Shown piece by piece: positions 39,422 to 46,623 of a stretch of DNA of 64,000 nt. The notes under the pieces were generated by a model. It ran no database searches. It was not told the DNA's origin and saw only the letters and a program-made list of their open reading frames with translations. The position numbers were made by a program, and so were the translations under genes. Where the stretch lies: IMG/VR virus record IMGVR_UViG_3300030329_003954, positions 1-64,000 of that record. The stretch is one strand, 5' to 3'. Source of the stretch: a virus. Numbering within the stretch: position 1 is the first letter of the stretch; each line of letters begins with the position of its first letter.

Positions 39422-40009
39422 ATGGTAGATAGTTTTTTAAAGAACGACTACAGAGCGAACTTTGAGCCTGGGAAGAGCCTTCCTAAGATCTCCACGAAGC
39501 TCGACGCTGTAAGATCGTATCAGTTTGAAGTGAAGTTCTTTGGTGTTCCGCCTGAGTTCATCGGTACCCAACAAGTTTTAACTGCTGCTGCGAAGCAAGT
39601 CAGTCCGGTTGGTGGTGCGGTTGATGACATCGTTGTTGATCGTCTTAATGATAAGATGTACTACCCTGGTAAGTTCACGCCTGAGGCTGTCACGATCACC
39701 TTTGATAATCAGTTATTGACTCAAACCACTCCTGCTCTTTGGAATTGGTTTAAGACAATCTATGATCCGATTTCGGGTGACATGACCAAGCTGGCTGCTC
39801 CTGGTGGTCCTGGGAACAGATCATTCAAGGCTAACAAACTTACTATTCTTGAGCTTGATAACACTAACGAGCCACATGCCTTCATCGAAATGTATGGTGT
39901 GTATCCCACAGGTGTTAGATACTCGGAGAAGAACTACGCCACGAATGATTTCTCCACTGTCGAAGTGACCTTCCGCTACGACTTCGTGGACTACGACAAG
40001 ATCAACTAA
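39422..40009 (+). CDS. gp19: Tail tube protein
   Basis: YYPGKFTPEAVTITFD, LWNWF, GVYPT, VEVTFRYD; follows the sheath gene. Confidence 0.9.
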   Translation: MVDSFLKNDYRANFEPGKSLPKISTKLDAVRSYQFEVKFFGVPPEFIGTQQVLTAAAKQVSPVGGAVDDIVVDRLNDKMYYPGKFTPEAVTITFDNQLLTQTTPALWNWFKTIYDPISGDMTKLAAPGGPGNRSFKANKLTILELDNTNEPHAFIEMYGVYPTGVRYSEKNYATNDFSTVEVTFRYDFVDYDKIN

Positions 40010-40029
40010 CCTCTTAGATCTAATTCGGG

Positions 40030-40064
40030 TAGCCTTCTCCCTAAATAAGGGAGAGGGCTATTTG
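40030..40064 (+). terminator. Hairpin/terminator after the tube gene, with TAAATA spanning the loop
   Basis: TAGCCTTCTCCCT-AAATA-AGGGAGAGGGCTA-TTTG. Confidence 0.7.
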
Positions 40065-40065
40065 T

Positions 40066-40077
40066 CTATTATAAGTT
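40066..40077 (+). promoter_or_regulatory. CTATTAT -10-like element 5 nt before ATG (leaderless-type)
   Basis: CTATTAT-AAGTT-ATG; no SD. Confidence 0.55.
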
Positions 40078-42435
40078 ATGGATAAAAGAGATTTACTAAA
40101 AAGGTTTAGCAAAGTTCACAACAAAAAATTAAGATTGTTGGAACAACAGGATGACCCTCGCATTCAACAGGCTGAGGGTCTTCTCGCAAACATACAATTC
40201 TCTCAGGATCCTACATCGCCCTACTTAAATGTGGGGCAAACCCTAGACGGTAAAACAGTAAAGTACAATCCAAAAAGCGGAAAATTGACAGGGGCAAATA
40301 GCTTTCAAAGGGCTACTTATCTTAATGGGAGGTTAAGTCCCCCAGAGGGTAAAAATCCTGAGGATGCTTTCAATAAAATGATAGGCTACCTTGTTGATGA
40401 GGCAAGCCCTGAAGCAGATCAACCTGTTATTGACCCTGTCTTAGATGAAAAGTTAACTGAATTAGGTGTAGACATAAAAGATCCTGAGTTAGTTCAACCC
40501 CTTATAACTTTGCTGGATAAAGCAAAGGCTAGCAACGTTGGTCGTGATGGCGGTAAAAACGCTAGAAATCTTGTGAGATCTTTAGTGGCTGATTATCCAG
40601 TTGTGGTAAAAGAAGGGGAATTCTACAGAGTCGAGCCGAGAGAGTCTAGTGTGGAAAGAGCTTTTAATTTAGCTGAGGCTCTCAACGGTATAGGATCCGA
40701 AGGTTACTGCGAAAGGTTTCAACGCACTGACAAGGGTGACATGGTAGTGTATACTGACTCTGGTGAAGGGCAAGAAGGGACTGTCTTCAGTAAAGGTAAA
40801 GCCAGAGCAATAGCTAACATGATCAGTGATTGCGATGACATTAAGGAGATCAATATAATACAGGAAGCCGCCGAAAGCTTGGGAGGCGAAAGTAATATAC
40901 GAGGTAATACTTTAGAGTATCCCCCAGACTTATTCGCATTAAGTAGAACCTACTTCAAGAATAGAGAATCGCTTACTGAGGAACAACGTAAGAGATCTGA
41001 GAAGTTAATTAAAGACGTAGCACTTAAAATTGAAACAGGGATTAGATCCTTAATCGAAAATCGCGAAACATGGTTAAGGACAGCTAGAGATGCTGCCATC
41101 CCACTAGAGAGCCAAGCTGAGTTTGATAAACTGATGAGTTTGTTGGAAGACAATGGTAGGAATATTCAGGCTTCATTTCATGTGGCTTCCTTATCCAATA
41201 AAGAAAGGCTACCTGATTTATCGGTCAGATCTGGAGAAGTTACTAAAAAAGGTAGGAAGCAAGACTCAGTAGAGATTTGGTATGAGGAGGGTGCAGCTAA
41301 AAAAGCTTTAGATCAGGAGAAGCTAGAAGCTGTTGATGCTAAAGATCTATTCGATAGCCTCAACAAAACAGATTACTACAATGAGTTAGTTGATGCTGGT
41401 TACTTAAAGCCAGGGCAGCAAGTGTATGTGGGTGAGATTAGTTACAAAAACTATATCGCAAATGCTAACACAATTATGGGGAGCTTTTCAGATAATAACA
41501 CTGGGGATTTTATGAGCGGTAACGCTAAAGACAACCCCGTATGGAAAACTTTCACAAAAGAAATAAGTTCGAAGACGATGGCTCAATATCGAGGTGAGTT
41601 TGATGCTATTCACAAAGAGCAGATGCAGATTAGGAAAGAGATTAACTCATTATCGAATAACATAGAGACAGAAGTAAACGGGAAAAAGGTGACAGTTAAA
41701 GCTTTAAACGAGATTATCAAGACCACACTGAACAACATACAGAAGAACTCTACGTTCACAGACACGCAACGAAACCAATTATTCAATAAACTAAGTAAAC
41801 AAGCTACGGCATACAAGAATTCTAAAACTAATAAAGAAAGAAAAAAGATAGAATCTCAAATGAAATCCGCTCTTCTCATGCCTGCGTTAATGAGTAATCT
41901 AAAGGAAAGAGGTCCGCACAATAAGGCTGTGCAGATTTATGCATTAGGCTTAAACTATGCTGCGGGGGCCTCATATAGTAACAACACTGTGTTGCAGACA
42001 AACATGCTCAACGAAGGTATTAGCTACACTACTACTCAGAACAAAGCTTATCAAGAGATTGCAAAGTCTATTAGGCTCAACAATGATTCATGGGATTTAA
42101 ATATCACTCAGAGTGGGTTATCCTTTACTAGGGCGGGTAATAAAAAATCTTCAATCTCTCTAGCGATGACAAGAGGAAACCTACAGTCTAAAAAATCTGA
42201 CACACTGACGAGAGAGGGTAAGAAGATAAGATTCCTTGGTGCGGGTGGTGAGAGACGAACTGTTTCAAAAAAACCTAACCCATTAGGAGCAGCAGATACT
42301 TCTAATCCTGATAGGTTAGCTCCTTATGATAAATTGATCACACCAAGAGAAAGCTTGATGTGGGATGCATTGAACAAACTTCATGAAGCTTTAGGCGTCA
42401 TCAAGGAAAAAGTAAGAATCATCAATGTTGACTAG
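40078..42435 (+). CDS. Large hypothetical protein, possibly virion-internal
   Basis: 785 aa ORF; N-terminal DLLKRF...LRLLE resembles the capsid propeptide. Confidence 0.5.
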   Translation: MDKRDLLKRFSKVHNKKLRLLEQQDDPRIQQAEGLLANIQFSQDPTSPYLNVGQTLDGKTVKYNPKSGKLTGANSFQRATYLNGRLSPPEGKNPEDAFNKMIGYLVDEASPEADQPVIDPVLDEKLTELGVDIKDPELVQPLITLLDKAKASNVGRDGGKNARNLVRSLVADYPVVVKEGEFYRVEPRESSVERAFNLAEALNGIGSEGYCERFQRTDKGDMVVYTDSGEGQEGTVFSKGKARAIANMISDCDDIKEINIIQEAAESLGGESNIRGNTLEYPPDLFALSRTYFKNRESLTEEQRKRSEKLIKDVALKIETGIRSLIENRETWLRTARDAAIPLESQAEFDKLMSLLEDNGRNIQASFHVASLSNKERLPDLSVRSGEVTKKGRKQDSVEIWYEEGAAKKALDQEKLEAVDAKDLFDSLNKTDYYNELVDAGYLKPGQQVYVGEISYKNYIANANTIMGSFSDNNTGDFMSGNAKDNPVWKTFTKEISSKTMAQYRGEFDAIHKEQMQIRKEINSLSNNIETEVNGKKVTVKALNEIIKTTLNNIQKNSTFTDTQRNQLFNKLSKQATAYKNSKTNKERKKIESQMKSALLMPALMSNLKERGPHNKAVQIYALGLNYAAGASYSNNTVLQTNMLNEGISYTTTQNKAYQEIAKSIRLNNDSWDLNITQSGLSFTRAGNKKSSISLAMTRGNLQSKKSDTLTREGKKIRFLGAGGERRTVSKKPNPLGAADTSNPDRLAPYDKLITPRESLMWDALNKLHEALGVIKEKVRIINVD

Positions 42436-42912
42436 ATCACTAAGTCTAAACATTGCAACTTTAACATCACCAACAGAACCCACAAAGCTTGGACCCTTAA
42501 CTGGCAGGCTTAACTCGTTGGTTATAGCTATTGGCTCCTTTCGATTCTGACCAATAAGCAACAAAAACTTTCTTGAAGATTTCTTGGAATCTCGATGAGA
42601 TTGAGCTATCATCTTTGAAATTGTTGATTTAGGATTTAATAAATCACTTACTTGTTCATCATTATATCCTTTCTTACATTCAATAATGAATCTAAACTTT
42701 TCAGGAGTTATTAAGTCTCCATATACTTTCAAGTATTCAGGCAACTTGTGAGTTGTAGCAAAGGCCCCAGATCCTGGGGTGCGACAGAACTCTTTTGTGT
42801 CAAATCTCTCGTTCAGAGTCTTAGCAATCTTGTTCTCGAACCTGTTACCTTTAGCTCTTGAGTTTACCTTTTTCTTTTTTCTTAATGGCGATACATCAAA
42901 ATCGTCTTTCAT
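42391..42912 (-). CDS. Holliday junction resolvase (Hjc-like PD-(D/E)xK nuclease)
   Basis: NSRAKGNRFE, RTPGSGA, GDL, IECKKGY. Confidence 0.8.
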   Translation of the reverse strand: MKDDFDVSPLRKKKKVNSRAKGNRFENKIAKTLNERFDTKEFCRTPGSGAFATTHKLPEYLKVYGDLITPEKFRFIIECKKGYNDEQVSDLLNPKSTISKMIAQSHRDSKKSSRKFLLLIGQNRKEPIAITNELSLPVKGPSFVGSVGDVKVAMFRLSDLVNIDDSYFFLDDA

Positions 42913-42940
42913 TTTAAAACCTCTAGACTATAATAGCTGC
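42913..42940. promoter_or_regulatory. Bidirectional promoter centred on CTATAATAG
   Basis: + strand TATAAT-6nt-ATG(42941); - strand TATTAT-6nt-GAGG-7nt-ATG(42912). Confidence 0.65.
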
Positions 42941-43303
42941 ATGGATAAAGTATCATTATCGTTTAAGGATACCAAATTTAAATTAGTTGAACGCAGTAGA
43001 GGACGTATGAAAATTCAGATTAAGTTTTCCAAGGAAGAAGCCGAGGGCTTCAAGAACTTTTGTAAACTCAAGCCACCAGAACTTGAGGATGACACCTTTT
43101 ATAAGCAAATCTTCTTTGCTGGTTGTAACGCAATGACTGAGCAGATTCAGTCGTTGGTTGAAGCTCATAAAGCCTCTCAGGAGGAAGGAGTGACTGAGGA
43201 TGTAGCAGGGGTTGAACCTCTCAGTCCTGATGGAAAAGATCTTATTCAAGAAGACGATGGTCACCAAGATGAGCAAACAGAAGAACAACTTCAAGACAAA
43301 TAG
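42941..43303 (+). CDS. Hypothetical protein with an acidic tail
   Basis: Start moved to ATG 42941 (MDKVSLSF...) to avoid antisense overlap; matches promoter spacing. Confidence 0.6.
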   Translation: MDKVSLSFKDTKFKLVERSRGRMKIQIKFSKEEAEGFKNFCKLKPPELEDDTFYKQIFFAGCNAMTEQIQSLVEAHKASQEEGVTEDVAGVEPLSPDGKDLIQEDDGHQDEQTEEQLQDK

Positions 43304-43640
43304 TATCCAAAACTCGAAGCATTTGAGTTCTATTGTAACTTCAAATATTGAGAGTAAGCAAAACTCGTACTACCTTATCACCAACACATGGGATAAGGTT
43401 TGCAATCATTTCAACGATAGGCTTCCGTCAGATGGCACTACGGATTTAAACGTTGTAGACATTTTTAATGTGCCTAATGCCCTGGACGTAATTAAGTCCG
43501 CGATTAAATCTCATAGAGAGACAATATCAACATCCTGTCTCTCGCGTTATGACCAACTACCCATGTTGGTTGTGATTCATAAGTCCTTCCCAAGAGTCGT
43601 ATCTTATAATGGCTCAGTTGGCGCAGAGATTGGAGTCTAG
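43269..43640 (+). CDS. Degenerate thioredoxin-fold protein
   Basis: YYLITNTWDKVC (WCxxC position), LNVVDI, QLPMLVV (cis-Pro position). Confidence 0.45.
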   Translation: MSKQKNNFKTNSIQNSKHLSSIVTSNIESKQNSYYLITNTWDKVCNHFNDRLPSDGTTDLNVVDIFNVPNALDVIKSAIKSHRETISTSCLSRYDQLPMLVVIHKSFPRVVSYNGSVGAEIGV

Positions 43641-43990
43641 ATAGAGCTTGGATCCTTAGGAGTACCCATTTTATGGCTCCTATAGGATTCAAGTTTTTCG
43701 TTATACTTCTTGTTCTTGGAGTATAGAAGGCGTAGGTTATTCAGTATTACTGTTGTGAAGTAATTGAAAGCCTGCCCAGATTCCCTGTTGAAGTTTTTGA
43801 GTACTTTAAGTATAAGTAGGAAGCATTCCTGTTTAGCTTCTTCATGATCAACATTAAACTTGAAAGACAACATGAGTCTATTGATTAATATGTCGAACAT
43901 GTTGAACAGTTCATCCTCGTTAGTTCGAATATCAAGTTTGAATTCTTGGATCAAATCCTCAAATCTTTTGTTGTCAATATAATAACTCAC
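43637..43990 (-). CDS. gp55: Late-transcription sigma factor, gp55-like (short)
   Basis: YIDNKRF and NFNRESGQAFNYFTTVILN match the gp55 YVNNKEF and NF....FAYFTQI motifs; GTG start. Confidence 0.75.
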   Translation of the reverse strand: MSYYIDNKRFEDLIQEFKLDIRTNEDELFNMFDILINRLMLSFKFNVDHEEAKQECFLLILKVLKNFNRESGQAFNYFTTVILNNLRLLYSKNKKYNEKLESYRSHKMGTPKDPSSI

Positions 43991-44007
43991 TTACCTATCA
44001 TAGTCTT
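43991..44007. promoter_or_regulatory. 17-bp symmetric bidirectional leaderless promoter
   Basis: + strand TATCAT-6nt-ATG(44008); - strand TATGAT-6nt-GTG(43990). Confidence 0.7.
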
Positions 44008-45042
44008 ATGCCACAACTAAGTTTCCAGGGTGTCAACTCCAAGTGTGAGGGTTGCCCTGCGTTGAAGATGAATCTACCGACGCATACGATCTTGGACTAT
44101 GAGTACAAAAACACTCCAGTAGACATCCTCTTCATATCTGATTCAGCAAAGATGTTTGAAGGTGAGTTTACCGCCTTTCGACCGCAAGAGTACAGCATCA
44201 TCCAGCGTGAGCTTGCCAGATTTTCAAAGGATTGGGATGTTGGCTATACAACCGCTGTAAAGTGTCCCAATATTACTTCTGAGAATCTCAGCACTGGTAT
44301 AAAAAAATCATGTAAGATTCACCTACATGATACAATCGATCACTACAAGCCTCGACTTGTCTTCGCTTGTGGAAAGGTCGCGACCACCCTTTTATATGGT
44401 AAAGCAAAGGAGGAGAGTAAGATTCGAGGCAAGGTTGATACCTTGGCAACGGAGACTGGGACAGAGTTCCAGGTTGTCCCAGTTATTCACCCGTTCCAAG
44501 TCGTGGCAGAGCCTAAGAACGCTTATCTTTTCAGGACCGACCTAGAGAATGCTCTAAATAACGAGCTATTAGGGAAGGCTACAGACGCTCAAGTGGACCA
44601 TACTCTTGCTTTGAGCATAGGGGAATTGGACGAGGTAAGTGGTGATTTTATTGATACCAACATGGATCTTGCTGTGGATATTGAGACTACGGGTCTCAAT
44701 TTTCTTGAGGATACAATTCACACAATCTCAATGACGCTTGTCAATCGCGATAGTGGTGAGCTTGGCAGAACCTTAGTATTACCCATTGATCATAAAGAAG
44801 CAAAGCTTGGTTATAAGGTGAAAGGTGCTTTTATGCGATTCATCTGTCAGGCTATGGCGAATAAAAATAACAGAAAGATATTGCAGAATGCGGGTTTCGA
44901 CCTTAAGTTCTTGAAGAGGTATGGTGTCGAAGATGTGTATAATGTTTACGACACTAAACTCCTCCAACACCTATACAAAGAGGATGTTCCTAAGTCGCTT
45001 GCTGATCTCGTGTACTACTACTTCCCAGAAGAAAAGTTCTAA
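44008..45042 (+). CDS. polA: Family A DNA polymerase part 1: UDG family 4-like Fe-S domain plus 3'-5' exonuclease ExoI/II
   Basis: CEGCPAL...AVKCP...SC, VFACGKVA, IHP; DIETTGL; QNAGFDLKFL; YDTKL. Confidence 0.85.
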   Translation: MPQLSFQGVNSKCEGCPALKMNLPTHTILDYEYKNTPVDILFISDSAKMFEGEFTAFRPQEYSIIQRELARFSKDWDVGYTTAVKCPNITSENLSTGIKKSCKIHLHDTIDHYKPRLVFACGKVATTLLYGKAKEESKIRGKVDTLATETGTEFQVVPVIHPFQVVAEPKNAYLFRTDLENALNNELLGKATDAQVDHTLALSIGELDEVSGDFIDTNMDLAVDIETTGLNFLEDTIHTISMTLVNRDSGELGRTLVLPIDHKEAKLGYKVKGAFMRFICQAMANKNNRKILQNAGFDLKFLKRYGVEDVYNVYDTKLLQHLYKEDVPKSLADLVYYYFPEEKF

Positions 45043-45566
45043 TGCTAACAGTTGAAGGTAAGAAGTTTGATTGGAAGAATATCCCATTGATTCAATGCGT
45101 TGAGGGTAATGCAAAGGATACCTATGCCACCGCAAAGGTGTATGTAAAACTACTCGAAGAGGTTCGTCAGAAGAAGTTAGAGCACCTATACGAGAAGTTA
45201 ATCGCACCTCTGACAGTTGCCTTTCGTGACATGGAGTTTGAAGGATTGCTTATCGATGAGGATAAGCTCAACGAGTTGGATCAGCAACTTCAAGACAAGC
45301 TCAAACTGGCTGACATTGCTTTGCGAGACGCTGCTGGTTTGGAGGAGGACGCCAACCTTAATTCCACTAATCAGCTTGTGAAAATTATCTATTCATTTGA
45401 GAAGAATGATGAAGGTGAATGGATTCAAGTTGACGACTTCGGTCTTGGACTGTATCCTTTCGAGTTTACTAAAAAGGGCGCACCTTCTACCAACGAAGAA
45501 ACGTTGACTAAGGTGAAAGCCATGGTTGAAGAAGAGTTCACAGCGAGAGGCTTGAAGGTTGAATAA
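45042..45566 (+). CDS. polA: Family A DNA polymerase part 2: ExoIII helix plus N-terminal thumb
   Basis: NAKDTYAT, DMEFEGLLID, NLNSTNQL, TKKGAPSTNEETL. Confidence 0.85.
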   Translation: MLTVEGKKFDWKNIPLIQCVEGNAKDTYATAKVYVKLLEEVRQKKLEHLYEKLIAPLTVAFRDMEFEGLLIDEDKLNELDQQLQDKLKLADIALRDAAGLEEDANLNSTNQLVKIIYSFEKNDEGEWIQVDDFGLGLYPFEFTKKGAPSTNEETLTKVKAMVEEEFTARGLKVE

Positions 45567-46623
45567 CGAAGAAGTAAGCATCGCCAAGGCAGTCCTGAAC
45601 AACATGTCGAATGACCAGTTGAAGGCTGCTAAGAAGTTCTTTGATCGTTTCTCGGAGTATAAAAAGCTGACCAAGCTTCACTCTGTTTACATTGAAGGTG
45701 CTCGCACCGCACTACAGAATACTGGTAACAGTAGAATGTATGTGAAGTATAACATCGATGGTACGGTTACAGGGCGAATCTCAAACTCTGGTGCCAACGT
45801 TGGTAGGAAGAAGACTGATAAAATTGGAGTGTCCTTCCACACTCTTCCTCGTGAGTCACTTGATGTAAATATTCGTGATTACGTGGTAGCCCCAGAGGGT
45901 CACGACTTTATCACGATCGACATGAAAGCCATGGAGCTAAGAGTTCTCGCTCATGTTGCCAATGAGGAGAACATGATTCACGCCTTTAAATCTGGCGTGG
46001 ACTTGCACAGCTATTCTGCTGGATTGACGTTCAATAAGGACCCCAAAGATGTGAGTAAACTTGAACGACAGATCGCGAAAGAAGTGAGCTTCTTAACAGT
46101 GTATGGCGGAACTGCATACACTCTTGCTTCGAAGCGTAACATTCCAGAGGATCGCGCTGAGGAGATTATCAATAGTTGGCTAGCGGCTTTCCCAGGTGTA
46201 GGCCGATACATGAACACTATCGACGAATACATTAAACAGTTTGGTTACGCTAAGACCATCTTCGGTCGTTATCGCCACCTCCCTAATGTCCGCTCACCAT
46301 TCAAGGGCGTCCGTCGCGAGGCGTTCCGACAAGGTTTGAACTTTACAATTCAATCTGCCGCCAGCGATATCCTACTGTGCGGTATGCTTGGTGTGATTGA
46401 GAAGCTTAAGGGTATGAAGGCTAAAGTTGTAGCCACTGTTCACGACTCAATTGAACTCATAGCTCCTAAAGAAGAGACTAGGAGGGTCGTTGAAATTGTT
46501 AGCGACGAGCTTGAAAACTACCACTATCTAAAAGACAACTTCAACATTCACTTGAAGGTACCGCTGGGTGTTGATGTTGAAGTTGGTTCTAGCTTTGGTA
46601 ATGGTGTTGAGTATGAACTTTAA
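45559..46623 (+). CDS. polA: Family A DNA polymerase part 3: palm/fingers catalytic domain
   Basis: GTVTGRISNS, DMKAMELRVLAH (motif A), RQIAKEVSFLTVYG (B), NFTIQSAASD, VHDS (C); TTG start with GAGAGG SD. Confidence 0.92.
   Translation: MNNEEVSIAKAVLNNMSNDQLKAAKKFFDRFSEYKKLTKLHSVYIEGARTALQNTGNSRMYVKYNIDGTVTGRISNSGANVGRKKTDKIGVSFHTLPRESLDVNIRDYVVAPEGHDFITIDMKAMELRVLAHVANEENMIHAFKSGVDLHSYSAGLTFNKDPKDVSKLERQIAKEVSFLTVYGGTAYTLASKRNIPEDRAEEIINSWLAAFPGVGRYMNTIDEYIKQFGYAKTIFGRYRHLPNVRSPFKGVRREAFRQGLNFTIQSAASDILLCGMLGVIEKLKGMKAKVVATVHDSIELIAPKEETRRVVEIVSDELENYHYLKDNFNIHLKVPLGVDVEVGSSFGNGVEYEL

Noticed and set aside
42779-42940. 5' extensions given in the ORF track (also 1399, 4356, 29763, 43212, 49065, 49859, 54399, 61834)
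   Set aside because: They overlap neighbouring genes; downstream starts fit SD, promoter or stop-start coupling better
44990-45620. Split inteins or introns at the polymerase junctions
   Set aside because: No intervening sequence, no intein terminal residues (C/S start, HN end), no homing endonuclease; the fragments abut directly
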